NCBI GenBank assembly: GCA_965207755.1
Contig: OZ242297.1
Coordinates: 2,375,406 to 2,439,405 of the forward strand
Direction: 5' to 3'
Length of the DNA: 64,000 nt
Origin: Acidimicrobiales bacterium
GTDB lineage: Bacteria; Actinomycetota; Acidimicrobiia; Acidimicrobiales; Aldehydirespiratoraceae
Below the pieces are notes generated by a model. That model made no database searches, was not told the DNA's origin, and saw only the letters and a program-made list of their open reading frames with translations. Made by a program: the position numbers and the translations under genes. Positions 37,293-46,262 of this stretch are shown piece after piece (position 1 is the stretch's first letter; each line of letters opens with the position of its first letter).

Positions 37293-37742
37293 GTGGACCT
37301 GCAGAGCCTGATCGACCGGGCCGAGATCACCGACCTGCTGACCCGCTACGCCCGGGCCGTCGACCGCCAGGACTGGGACCTGTTCCGCACCGTCTTCACC
37401 CCCGACGCCCGCATCGACTACACCCAGGTCGGAGGCATGGCCGGCGACCTCGACACCGTCGTCGACTTCCTCGCAGAAGTCATGGCCACGTTCGAGGCCG
37501 TGCAGCACCTGGTCTCCAACATCGACATCACCATCGACGGCGACGAGGCCAAGGTGACCGCCATGGTCTACAACCCGCTGAAGCTGCCCGACACCCCGGT
37601 GTGGGCCACCGGCGGCTGGTACCACCACAAGCTGGTTCGCACTCCCGACGGCTGGCGGAGCCGCTCGCTGGTTGAGGAGGCCGGCTGGTTCCACGGCGTC
37701 CCCGAACCCGCCCGGCCTACCGGCGGCGACCCGGCCGCCTAG
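37293..37742 (+). CDS. NTF2-like / SnoaL_4 family protein
   Basis: DRAEITDLLTRYARAVDRQDWDLFRTVFTPDARIDY is a typical SnoaL-like N-terminus. Confidence 0.75.
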   Translation: MDLQSLIDRAEITDLLTRYARAVDRQDWDLFRTVFTPDARIDYTQVGGMAGDLDTVVDFLAEVMATFEAVQHLVSNIDITIDGDEAKVTAMVYNPLKLPDTPVWATGGWYHHKLVRTPDGWRSRSLVEEAGWFHGVPEPARPTGGDPAA

Positions 37743-37790
37743 GGCCAGCACACGCCGGCCTCCGGACCCGCCAGGATCGAAGCAGAGTCC

Positions 37791-38981
37791 ATGCCCGGCC
37801 CGCTGCACGGAGTGCGCATCGTCGAGATGTCGGTGGCCGTGACGGGTCCTTTGGCAGTGGCCCTGCTGGTCGACCAGGGCGCGGACGTCGTCAAGGTAGA
37901 AGAGCCCGGCTACGGCGACCAGGGCCGCTATGTGGGGGTTGCCTCCGGCGGGATATCGGCCATGTTCCAGATGTGCAACCGGGGCAAGCGCTCGATCGCA
38001 GTGAACTGCACCGACCCTCGGGGCCGCGACATCGTCCTCGAACTGTGCGCCGGAGCCGACGTGTTCGTCCAGAACATGCGGCCGGGCGTGATCGAGCGCC
38101 TCGGTCTCGGCTACGACACGGTCTCGGCCCGCAACCCCGGCATCGTCTACCTGTCGCTGTCGGGGTTCGGCCCCGACGGCCCCTACGCGCACCGCCGGGT
38201 GTACGACTCGGTCATCCAGGCCCAGTCCGGGCTGGTCGGCAACCAGACCGGCATCAACGACGAGTCTCCCCGCTTCCTGCGCCAGGCCGCGGCCGACAAG
38301 ATCACCGCCTACACGGCCGCACAGGCAGTCACGTCGGCCCTGTTCGCCCGGGAGCGGGGCGCCGGCGGCCAGCACGTGCGGCTGGCGATGCTGGACGCCG
38401 CGGTGGGGTTCCTGTTCGCCGACTCGGCAGCCCACGAGGTGGCCCTGGACAACGACCAGCCCCATCTCGCCCAGTCGTTCTCGGCTCATCAGCGGGCCAT
38501 CGCCTTCGCCGACGGCCACGCGGTGGTGGCGGCCGTGACCGACTCCGAGTTCCACGGCATGGCCCGGGCCGTCGGCGTGGACTCGTCGGACCCGCGGGTG
38601 GCCACCATGACCGACCGCCAGAAGAACCGTGCCCAGACCAGCGACGTGTTCCGGGCCGTCCATGCGGCCGCGGCCACCATGCCCCTGGCCGAGGCGGTGG
38701 AGGCACTCGACCGTCACCAGGTCCCGTTCGGGGTGGTGCTCGGCGTGGAGGACATCGCCACCGACGCCCAGGCCGTCCACAACGAGATCTTCACCGAGCA
38801 CGACCATCCTCACATGGGCAGGATCCGCCAGCCCCGGCCCGCCCCCCGGTTCTCGGCCACCCCGGCCGAGGTGCGTGAGCCGTCCTCGCCCGCCCACGGC
38901 CAGCACACCGACGAAGTGCTCGCAGAGCTGGGATGGGGCCACCGGATCGACGAACTGAGAGCCGGCGGCGTGATCAAGTGA
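37791..38981 (+). CDS. Family III CoA-transferase (CaiB/BaiF/Mcr-like)
   Basis: Motifs GVRIVEMSVAVTGP, GADVVKVEEPGYGD and YLSLSGFG. Confidence 0.85.
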   Translation: MPGPLHGVRIVEMSVAVTGPLAVALLVDQGADVVKVEEPGYGDQGRYVGVASGGISAMFQMCNRGKRSIAVNCTDPRGRDIVLELCAGADVFVQNMRPGVIERLGLGYDTVSARNPGIVYLSLSGFGPDGPYAHRRVYDSVIQAQSGLVGNQTGINDESPRFLRQAAADKITAYTAAQAVTSALFARERGAGGQHVRLAMLDAAVGFLFADSAAHEVALDNDQPHLAQSFSAHQRAIAFADGHAVVAAVTDSEFHGMARAVGVDSSDPRVATMTDRQKNRAQTSDVFRAVHAAAATMPLAEAVEALDRHQVPFGVVLGVEDIATDAQAVHNEIFTEHDHPHMGRIRQPRPAPRFSATPAEVREPSSPAHGQHTDEVLAELGWGHRIDELRAGGVIK

Positions 38982-39757
38982 CGCAGACCCCCGCACACGA
39001 CGGCGGCGCCGGGTCCCGGGCGGCATTCGATCGCGAGATGCTGCTCTTCGAGGAGTGGCGCGAGCAGTTCGAGCGGGACGGCGAGTCGCCCGCCATCCCG
39101 GCGGCCACGGTGGTCGTGCTGCGGGACGGCCCCGAGGGCATGGAGTCGCTGATGCTGCGCAAGAACTCCCGCATCGCCTTCGGCGGGATGTGGGTGTTCC
39201 CCGGGGGCCGGATCGACGACGGCGACTACGACAGCTCCGGCGACCTGGTCACGGCCGCTCGCAATGCCGCGGCCCGGGAGGCCCGGGAGGAGGCTGCCAT
39301 CTCGCTCGACGCGGCCAGCCTGGTGCACTTCTCGTACTGGATCCCGCCGCCGATCGCCCCCAAGCGCTTCGCCACCTGGTTCTTCGCGGTCCGGGCCCCG
39401 GCGGCCGAGGTGGCCGTCGACGACGGCGAGATAACCCACCACGAGTGGATGACCCCGGCCGGGGCCATCCGACGCCGCGACGCCGGAGAGATCGAGTTGA
39501 TCGCCCCGACGTGGGTGACGCTGCACACCCTCAGCGGCTATCCCACGGTGGCCGGCGCGCTCGACGGCCTGAGCCGTCGCCGCCCCCGCCACTACGAGCC
39601 TCGGCTCGGCACCGGGGAGCACGGACCGGTGTCGATGTGGCACGGCGACGCCGGCTACGCGACCGGCGACGCCTCCGTGCCCGGGCCCCGCCACCGGCTG
39701 GAGATGACCGCCGGCGGCTACCTCTTCGACGAGTCCGGCTACACGGACCCCGACTAG
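38978..39757 (+). CDS. NUDIX hydrolase
   Basis: The Nudix box region is GGMWVFPGGRID..AAREAREEAAI. GTG 38978 overlaps the upstream stop (GTGA). Confidence 0.8.
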   Translation: MTQTPAHDGGAGSRAAFDREMLLFEEWREQFERDGESPAIPAATVVVLRDGPEGMESLMLRKNSRIAFGGMWVFPGGRIDDGDYDSSGDLVTAARNAAAREAREEAAISLDAASLVHFSYWIPPPIAPKRFATWFFAVRAPAAEVAVDDGEITHHEWMTPAGAIRRRDAGEIELIAPTWVTLHTLSGYPTVAGALDGLSRRRPRHYEPRLGTGEHGPVSMWHGDAGYATGDASVPGPRHRLEMTAGGYLFDESGYTDPD

Positions 39758-39762
39758 CGACC

Positions 39763-39813
39763 CATTCTTGATGTAGTTGTGCCGATCCGGTGAGGTCAAC
39801 TACATCAAGAATG
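39763..39813. terminator. Perfect 17-bp-stem hairpin between convergent genes (probable bidirectional terminator)
   Basis: CATTCTTGATGTAGTTG (39763-39779) and its exact reverse complement (39797-39813), with a 17-nt loop. It is AT-rich compared with its surroundings. Confidence 0.6.
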
Positions 39814-39825
39814 ATCCGAGCGGGA

Positions 39826-40734
39826 TCAGACGGCGACGCCGGGCCGGGCCAGCAGGTCCTCGATGAGCGCGACCAGCTTCAGGGGCCGGTCGCCCTGGAT
39901 CGAATGGCCGGCGCCGTCGACCACCTCGTGGACCGTGCCGGGCAGCCGCCGCATCCACTCGGCCACGTCGGCGTCGTCGACCACGCTCCAGGCGCCGCCC
40001 TGCCACAGCGCCGTGGGCGCCGCGATGGCCGACACCCTCTGCCAAAGACCGTCGAAGGCGACCTCGGCGCCGCCGCCGGCCTTCCAGTCCCGCATCGGGT
40101 CGTAGTTCCAGGTCCAGCGGCCGTCGTCCATCTCGTGGGCGTTGTGCAGCACGCCCCGGCGCAGCGACTGCTCGCTGCGGGTGGGGTTGTGCTCGATGGT
40201 GCGTCCCAGGATGGCCTCGAAGCTGTCGAAGTGCTCCGGCCCGTCGATGAACGCGATGATGGGCTCTGCCTTCTTGTGGTCGGTGCCCGGAGTGACGTCC
40301 ACGATCCCCAGCCGCCGCACCAGACCGGGGTGGTCGGCGGCCAGGCAGATGGCGGTGAGCCCGCCCAGCGACATGCCCACCACCGCCTCTGCCCGCGGTG
40401 CCAGGGTCTCCACAGCCACGGCCACGTCCTCAGCCATCGAGGCGGGCCAGTAGTCGTGGGCCGGCCGGTGGTCGGAGTGCCCGTGGCCTGGCAGGTCCAC
40501 CGCCACCAGCGGCCGTCCGAGAGCCAGCGCCACCGTGTCCCAGGTGTGGGCGTTCTGGGCGCCGCCGTGGATCAGCACCAGTTCGGGCTCGGCGGTGCCC
40601 CACACGAGTGCCGACAATCGCAGCCCCGACGTCAGCGCCACCGCTTCCCGGCGCACCGCGGGAGGGCCGGACCACTCCAAGCCGTGCTCGGCGGCGTTCT
40701 CACCGAACAGCCCGAATTCGTCGTAGCCGACCAT
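39826..40734 (-). CDS. Alpha/beta hydrolase
   Basis: Motifs LIHGGAQNAHTWD and GMSLGG (nucleophile elbow), plus a C-terminal GHS. Confidence 0.85.
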   Translation of the reverse strand: MVGYDEFGLFGENAAEHGLEWSGPPAVRREAVALTSGLRLSALVWGTAEPELVLIHGGAQNAHTWDTVALALGRPLVAVDLPGHGHSDHRPAHDYWPASMAEDVAVAVETLAPRAEAVVGMSLGGLTAICLAADHPGLVRRLGIVDVTPGTDHKKAEPIIAFIDGPEHFDSFEAILGRTIEHNPTRSEQSLRRGVLHNAHEMDDGRWTWNYDPMRDWKAGGGAEVAFDGLWQRVSAIAAPTALWQGGAWSVVDDADVAEWMRRLPGTVHEVVDGAGHSIQGDRPLKLVALIEDLLARPGVAV

Positions 40735-40743
40735 CCGGCGATG

Positions 40744-41571
40744 CTACGCAGGCGCAGGCTGGGTGCGGCGGCGGCGACGGGACGACCGTCCGGCAATCAC
40801 GGGCGGCGCCCAGCTGAACTTCCACGCGGCCACCGCGGCGCCGGCCGCCAGCCAGATCAGCAGAACACCGAGCCGGTGCCACTCGAAGGCGGGGGCATCC
40901 GAGAACGGGTTCATGGCCTCGCCGAAGGCCAGCCCGAAGTGTTTGAGGGGGAAGATGTTCCCGAGCAGGTCCAGCCAGGCGGGAGTGTCGGTGCCGAAGG
41001 GGACGAAGATGTTGGAGATGAAGGCCAGCGGCAACAGGGTGGCGTTGGCGATGGGCACCGCCATGTTCACCGACCGGGCCACCGAGGAGAGCGCCAAGCC
41101 GAGCGCGGCGAACGACGCGGAGCCGACCACGAACGTGACGACCATGGCCGGGACTTTGGCCGCCTCGACGTTCACCCCGTAGGCCGCGACCCCCAGAACG
41201 ACCATGGCGGCCACTCCCAGCGCCGCGATCCACACCGCCGACAGCACCACCCCGCCGAGATAGATCCAGGGCGGCAGGGGCGTGCCCCGCACCCGCTTGA
41301 GGATGCCGAGCTCGCGCCGGCTGGCCAGGTTGATGCCGATATTGGTGTAGGTGGACGACGCTGCCGCGAACACGGCCAGGCCGGGCGTGTAGAACTGGCT
41401 GCTGCTGACCCGGCCGTAGACGGTGTCGAAGGGGTCGTTGCCGAAGATGGCGGTGAACAGCACCATCATCAGGATCGGGAACACCAGCGTGAAGAAGGCC
41501 GCGACCGGTGTCCGCCAGAAGATCCGGTTCTGGATGCGCGTGCGGCGCCAGAGCAGCCTCATGGCTCTCAT
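40744..41571 (-). CDS. ABC-2-type transporter permease
   Basis: Six predicted TM segments. Its start overlaps the ATPase stop by 4 nt. Confidence 0.85.
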   Translation of the reverse strand: MRAMRLLWRRTRIQNRIFWRTPVAAFFTLVFPILMMVLFTAIFGNDPFDTVYGRVSSSQFYTPGLAVFAAASSTYTNIGINLASRRELGILKRVRGTPLPPWIYLGGVVLSAVWIAALGVAAMVVLGVAAYGVNVEAAKVPAMVVTFVVGSASFAALGLALSSVARSVNMAVPIANATLLPLAFISNIFVPFGTDTPAWLDLLGNIFPLKHFGLAFGEAMNPFSDAPAFEWHRLGVLLIWLAAGAAVAAWKFSWAPPVIAGRSSRRRRRTQPAPA

Positions 41572-42512
41572 GGCTGGCCGTCCCCTTCACCCGTCGCTGT
41601 ATCGCCGCCGTCGTCAGCGACGAGGCTCAAGTAGACGTCTTCGAGGCTCGGAGTGGCGACGGTCAGCCCTTCGAGCTCGAAGCCCCGCTCGGCCGCCCAT
41701 CCGGTCACCTGGGCCAGGTCGGCTGTGGGCGTGTCGGTGGTGATCTCCACATGGCGGCCCCGGCCGACGATGTCGCCCGAGACGGGTGCGAGCAGATCCG
41801 ACACCGGCTCGGCACGGTCGGGCACCACGAAGCGGATCAGCGCCGACCCTGCCCTGGCCCTCAGCTCCGCGGGCGTGCCCTCGGCCACGATCCGGCCCTG
41901 GGACATCACCGCCACCCGGTCGGCCAGATGCTCGGCCTCGTCGAGGTAGTGAGTGGTGAGCAGCACGGCCCGCTGCTGCGAGGCGAGCCGCTCGACCAGT
42001 TCCCAGCCCCTCCGCCGGGCGGCGGGGTCGAAACCGGTGGTCGGCTCGTCCAGGAACACCATGTCGGGGTCGCCGACCAGCCCGAGCGCCATGTCGATGC
42101 GCCGCTGCTGGCCTCCCGACAGGGTGGAGATGCGGGCGTCGGCCTTCTCGTCCAGTTCCACCAACTCGATCAGCTCGTCCGTCGGCACGCGACGCGAGTA
42201 GGCGGCGCCGTAGTAGTCGATCGCCTCGCGGGCCGTCAGCTCGGGGTCGATGCCCGAGGACTGCAGCACGATGCCGATCCGGTCGCGGAAGGAGGCGCCG
42301 GCCGACGACGGGTCGGTGTCGAGCACTCGCACGGTTCCCGCCGTGCGGGTGCGATGCCCCTCCAGGATCTCCACGATGGTGGACTTGCCCGCGCCGTTGG
42401 GCCCGAGCAGCGCGAACACCTCGCCCCGCTCGACCTCGAACGACACGCCGTCGACGGCCCGAACCGCGCCGTAGTCCTTGACGAGTTCGCTGACGGTTGC
42501 GGCCGGACCCAT
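41568..42512 (-). CDS. ABC transporter ATP-binding protein
   Basis: Motifs GPNGAGKST, LSGGQQRR and FLDEPTTGFD. The start is MGPAATV at 42512. Confidence 0.9.
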   Translation of the reverse strand: MGPAATVSELVKDYGAVRAVDGVSFEVERGEVFALLGPNGAGKSTIVEILEGHRTRTAGTVRVLDTDPSSAGASFRDRIGIVLQSSGIDPELTAREAIDYYGAAYSRRVPTDELIELVELDEKADARISTLSGGQQRRIDMALGLVGDPDMVFLDEPTTGFDPAARRRGWELVERLASQQRAVLLTTHYLDEAEHLADRVAVMSQGRIVAEGTPAELRARAGSALIRFVVPDRAEPVSDLLAPVSGDIVGRGRHVEITTDTPTADLAQVTGWAAERGFELEGLTVATPSLEDVYLSLVADDGGDTATGEGDGQP

Positions 42513-42572
42513 GCGCGGCACGCTATCCGAGGCTGGAGCGGGCACGATAAGGGGGTGAGGCCGCTGCCGGGC

Positions 42573-42944
42573 ATGGTGCCCATCGCCGAGTACTCCAGCC
42601 GCTGGGAGGCCGAGGTGGCTGCAGCCCGGCTGCGCGAGGCGGGCTACGAGGCCACCGTGCTGGTGGACCCGGCATCCGAGGTCGCCCCGCACCACATCAC
42701 CTACCGCCTCGCCACGCTGGTGGTCCGGGCCGAGGTCGCCGACCTTGCTGCTGAGGTGCTCGGACTGGAGCGGCCAGACGTCGAGGCCGAGAACCTGGAC
42801 GCCGCATTCCACCAGCGACGCTTCTCCGACCGGCCCGCATGGGTCCGGTATCTGACCTGGACGCTGGTCCTGGCCGTCCCCGTGCCGATCGCCGTCTCGG
42901 GCCTGATCCTGCTGTGGACCGCCCTGCGCAGCATCTTCCCATGA
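42573..42944 (+). CDS. DUF2007-like small protein with C-terminal TM helices
   Basis: ATG 42573 lies behind AAGGGGGTGAGG. N-terminal MVPIAEYSSRWEAEVAAARLREAGYEATVL. Confidence 0.5.
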   Translation: MVPIAEYSSRWEAEVAAARLREAGYEATVLVDPASEVAPHHITYRLATLVVRAEVADLAAEVLGLERPDVEAENLDAAFHQRRFSDRPAWVRYLTWTLVLAVPVPIAVSGLILLWTALRSIFP

Positions 42945-43208
42945 GACCACTCCCAGGCAGGATGACGGGCGCCATGACCGTCGCACCCGTCGAGCCCCCG
43001 GCCGTTGGGCTTCCCCGAGCACAGGCTCCTCAAGCACGGATTCCTCGACGTCGAGGCCCGTCCGCCGGACTTCCCCGACGGAGACTTCTACGCCGACGAT
43101 TCCTGCTCCCGCCGGCGACAGAGCCCGTCCGGCCGCCTCGCTAGGCCTGGCCAGCACGAGGCAGCAGGCGATGAAGGAACGTCCGGCGACGGAACCGTTC
43201 CCGACGCC

Positions 43209-45755
43209 TCACTGAGACAGCCCCTCGCTCGCCGTGCCGAGGTTGAGGGCGCGGTGCAGGAGACTGGCCATCTCTGCCCGGCTGGCGGCGTCGCCCGGGC
43301 AGAACCTCAGCGGGTCGCGGCTGCATCCCTGGGTGACGCCGGAGGCATACAGCGCGTCGATGTCGACCGCATGGACGCTGCCGCCGGTGTCGGCGAACCC
43401 GGCCTCTGCCGCTCCCGGGAGATCGAACGCCCTCGCTAGGAAGCTGGCCATCTCGCTCCTCTTCACGGTCTGGTCGGGACAGTAGCTGGGCGGATCCGAG
43501 ACGCAGCCCCGGGTGACGCCGAGGTCGGCCAGGCGCTCGACATGGGCCGCCCACCACAGCGAGGCGTCCATGTCGCTGAAGCGCGAGCGCGACACCGGTG
43601 CAGGGTCGGCGGCGTCGACGATCCGCACGATCAGGACGGCTATCTCCCATCTCTGGATTCCGTCGTTGGGGCAGAGCCGTCCGTCACCGCAGCCCGTGCC
43701 GTTGAACACCGCCTGTGACACCAGCGAGCGCAGCGCCGGCTGGTGCACCGCCGGCGCCTCCGCAATGTCCGCGAACTCCGCAGCCTCGACCACCTCCTCC
43801 GGTGGCGTCACATCAGGAGGAGGAGGCGGAGGAGGAGGCGGAGGAGGAGGCGGAGGAGGAGGCGGCGGCGGAGGCGGAGGAGGAGGAGGAGGAGGAGGCG
43901 GAGGAGGAGGCGGCGGAGGAGGAGGAGGCGGCGGCGGCGGAGGAGGCGGAGGCGGAGGCGGAGGCGGCGGCGGAGGAGGCGGAGGCGGAGGCGGAGGAGG
44001 AGGAGGCGGCGGCGGCGGAGGAGGCGAAGACGAATCGTCGTCGCTCACCGTGACCGTGGCGCTGTCCGGGGTACCGACGACGTACCCGCGACCGGGACGG
44101 ACGGTGGCCGTGACGTCGGCGTCGGGCTCGTCTACGTCGTCGCCCAGAGTGCCGACGCTGACGTCGGCCGTGGTGTCCCCGGCGGGGATGGTGACCGTCC
44201 TGGTGAGGCTTCCGTCCACGTAGCTGCCGGGATCGGCGATTTCGACCTGGACGGCGATCGCGTCGGCCTGCGCCGACGCGATCTCGACGGTGAACACCGC
44301 CGGCTGGCCCTCGACGACCGTCGAGCCGGCGCTCACGGTGACTTCCGGCGGCGGATCGGCCAGCAGGGCGATCGTCACCGGATGCGGGCACTCGCCGAAG
44401 GTCAGGGCCCGGTCGGGGCTGATTCCGCCGGCTGCGCTGTTGCCGTCGGGGCTTGTCCACCGGGCTGTCGTGAGGCGGACATATGCGAGCGTCGTGCCGC
44501 CTGCCGTGATCTCGAAGAGTCCCTGCCCGGTCGTCTTTCCGTAGCTCCGGGACCCGACGATCTGGGCGCCGTTGTCCTGCAGGGCTAGCGCCAGCACCTC
44601 TGAGGCTGACGCCGACCGCCCGTTCATCACCACGTAGAGGGTCAAGCCGGACCCGTCGACCGTGTCGGCGCGGGCGACATGCTCGGTGGTCACGCCCTGC
44701 TGGGTCGTCTTGACCACCGTCTCGCCGGTGGCGAGGAACAGGGACCCTATCTTGACGGTCTCGCCGAGAAGGCCGCCGGGATTGTCCAGCAGGTCGATGA
44801 CCAGCGAGGTGACGCCATTCGAGATGAGGCTGTTCAAGGCACTCCTGAAGAATCCGGCCGAACCGTCGTCGAAGTCCTCGAGGCTCAGGTATCCGATGTC
44901 GCCCGCGACCACCCGTCCGAAGGTGAACGGCAGAACGAGGACCCCCGGCCCGGAGAACTCGAACCCGACTTCCCGGCCGGCTCGAAGGACCTTGCCGTGG
45001 TGGTTGCCGAAGTTGTTGATCCCCGGCAGGCCGGGAACTCCGCAGCCCGTTCCCGTCGTTGGCACGGCGTCGATGCCCCAATGAGTGATCACGTCGCCGG
45101 CCAGGAGTCCGGCCGACGCGGCCGGCGAGTTGGGAAACACCTGAACTATCGCCGGCCTGCACGTGTCCGACAAGGCGAGGCACACCGAGTCGCCGTCGAG
45201 GAGCCCTATCTGGATCCCCATTCCACGGACTACCGGCGCCCGGTCGAAGGCTTGCTGCTCGGCTACAGTCCTCAGTTCAGAGAAGGAATCGCCGAGCGAT
45301 TCGACCATCGCGTCGGCGGCCGCCCATGCGGCGTCAGCGGTCTCCTGCAGTGCGTCGATCAGATCGCACGTCGTGGCGAACTCCGGGGCCGGAAGGGCGC
45401 ACGGCGGCACGGGGTCGGTTCCTCGAGCCGTCAGTGAGGCGTTGCGGACGCCGTCGGCCGCGGCATCGGCGAGGTCCTGGACGGCCACCGTGTCGGCGAA
45501 TCCGTCCCTGATCAGGCTGAAAGTACCGCACATCACCGCGAAGTCGGCCGAGGGACTCGAGCAGTCGGGGCGCTGCAGAGCGGCCGCTTGCGGGGCGCTC
45601 CATGCGGCGCCGCCCGCGACGAAGGCGGCGCCGCCGGCTACCGCGACGACGGCACCGCGCAGCACCGCCGGCCATCTCTGCGCCCGCTGCCACAGAGCCC
45701 AGACCGCCGCCACCGTGATGGCTGCGGCATGCGGCACCGCATGCCACCGCTCCAT
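43209..45755 (-). CDS. Secreted S41 (C-terminal processing) peptidase with PDZ-like, Calx-beta-like, 70-Pro linker and three SLH-like repeats
   Basis: S41 core LVIDLLDNPGGLL..GRSASASEVLALAL. The Calx-like segment is ..VEGQPAVFTVEI..TIPAGDTTADV... SLH-like repeats are FADIAE.., FSDMDAS.. and FADTGGS.. Confidence 0.85.
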   Translation of the reverse strand: MERWHAVPHAAAITVAAVWALWQRAQRWPAVLRGAVVAVAGGAAFVAGGAAWSAPQAAALQRPDCSSPSADFAVMCGTFSLIRDGFADTVAVQDLADAAADGVRNASLTARGTDPVPPCALPAPEFATTCDLIDALQETADAAWAAADAMVESLGDSFSELRTVAEQQAFDRAPVVRGMGIQIGLLDGDSVCLALSDTCRPAIVQVFPNSPAASAGLLAGDVITHWGIDAVPTTGTGCGVPGLPGINNFGNHHGKVLRAGREVGFEFSGPGVLVLPFTFGRVVAGDIGYLSLEDFDDGSAGFFRSALNSLISNGVTSLVIDLLDNPGGLLGETVKIGSLFLATGETVVKTTQQGVTTEHVARADTVDGSGLTLYVVMNGRSASASEVLALALQDNGAQIVGSRSYGKTTGQGLFEITAGGTTLAYVRLTTARWTSPDGNSAAGGISPDRALTFGECPHPVTIALLADPPPEVTVSAGSTVVEGQPAVFTVEIASAQADAIAVQVEIADPGSYVDGSLTRTVTIPAGDTTADVSVGTLGDDVDEPDADVTATVRPGRGYVVGTPDSATVTVSDDDSSSPPPPPPPPPPPPPPPPPPPPPPPPPPPPPPPPPPPPPPPPPPPPPPPPPPPPPPPPPPPPPPPPPPPPPPDVTPPEEVVEAAEFADIAEAPAVHQPALRSLVSQAVFNGTGCGDGRLCPNDGIQRWEIAVLIVRIVDAADPAPVSRSRFSDMDASLWWAAHVERLADLGVTRGCVSDPPSYCPDQTVKRSEMASFLARAFDLPGAAEAGFADTGGSVHAVDIDALYASGVTQGCSRDPLRFCPGDAASRAEMASLLHRALNLGTASEGLSQ
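43815..44024 (-). repeat. 210-nt (CCN)70 tract encoding 70 consecutive prolines
   Basis: Every plus-strand triplet from 43815 to 44024 is AGG or CGG. The tract is flanked by SSS (44025-44033) and DVT (43806-43814). Confidence 0.95.
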
Positions 45756-45786
45756 GCCGACACACTACAGAAAGTGCGCGGGTAGG

Positions 45787-45876
45787 CGCAGCCCCCGTCG
45801 AATCGCGACGGGGTGTTTCCCGCTCTTGTTCGCTGCGCTCACGGGCCGCTCGGGCCACGGCCCCGCCCGTATGGAC
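45787..45876 (+). repeat. Interspersed repeat, copy C (core 45819-45876)
   Basis: 57/58 identity to the copy A core. It lies in the divergent intergenic region. Confidence 0.7.
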
Positions 45877-46034
45877 GGGTTCGCTCAGACGCCCGCCGGC
45901 AGGTCGACACGTTCGGCGCGGTCCCGCCCGAATGGACGGGGTTCGCTCGCCTGCCCGCGGGGCCTCTACAGGCGGGCTCCCGCCCCGGTTCTGGTCGCGG
46001 GGTTCGCTCGCCTGCCCGCGGGGCCTCTACAGGC
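45864..46034 (+). repeat. About 61-bp tandem units extending from repeat copy C
   Basis: A perfect 37-mer CGGGGTTCGCTCGCCTGCCCGCGGGGCCTCTACAGGC occurs at 45937-45973 and 45998-46034. A diverged unit starts near 45872. Confidence 0.75.
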
Positions 46035-46262
46035 TCGCCGGAAGCGGCACCGTGGAGGCAGAGCCGTGGTATCGCCATCCCCGGCCCGATCGCTCTCGCG
46101 GGCCTGCCGTTGCCGTGCCGGCGCTAGCCGCCGTGACCTCGACGGCCTGGCTCACGCTGCCGCACCCAGGGTCGGACAGGTAGGCTGAGGGCGGGTCAAC
46201 GACCTGGTGAACGCCGCGTTGAGCGACTCACAGAAGACGATGCCGCCCGCCAGTCGCCCGAC

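Noticed and set aside
43513-44588. Poly-Gly, poly-Arg and Glu/Ala-rich ORFs on the plus strand, and a poly-Ser/Ala ORF on the minus strand, across the simple repeat.
   Set aside because: They are alternative-frame readings of the (CCN)70 tract. Only the poly-Pro frame is continuous with recognisable S41 and SLH-like domains.
45864-46034. Possible CRISPR array (37-nt perfect repeats).
   Set aside because: Only two perfect units plus one diverged unit are present. The spacers are about 24 nt, with part of the spacer also repeated, and there are no cas genes. It behaves as a plain tandem duplication attached to the interspersed repeat.
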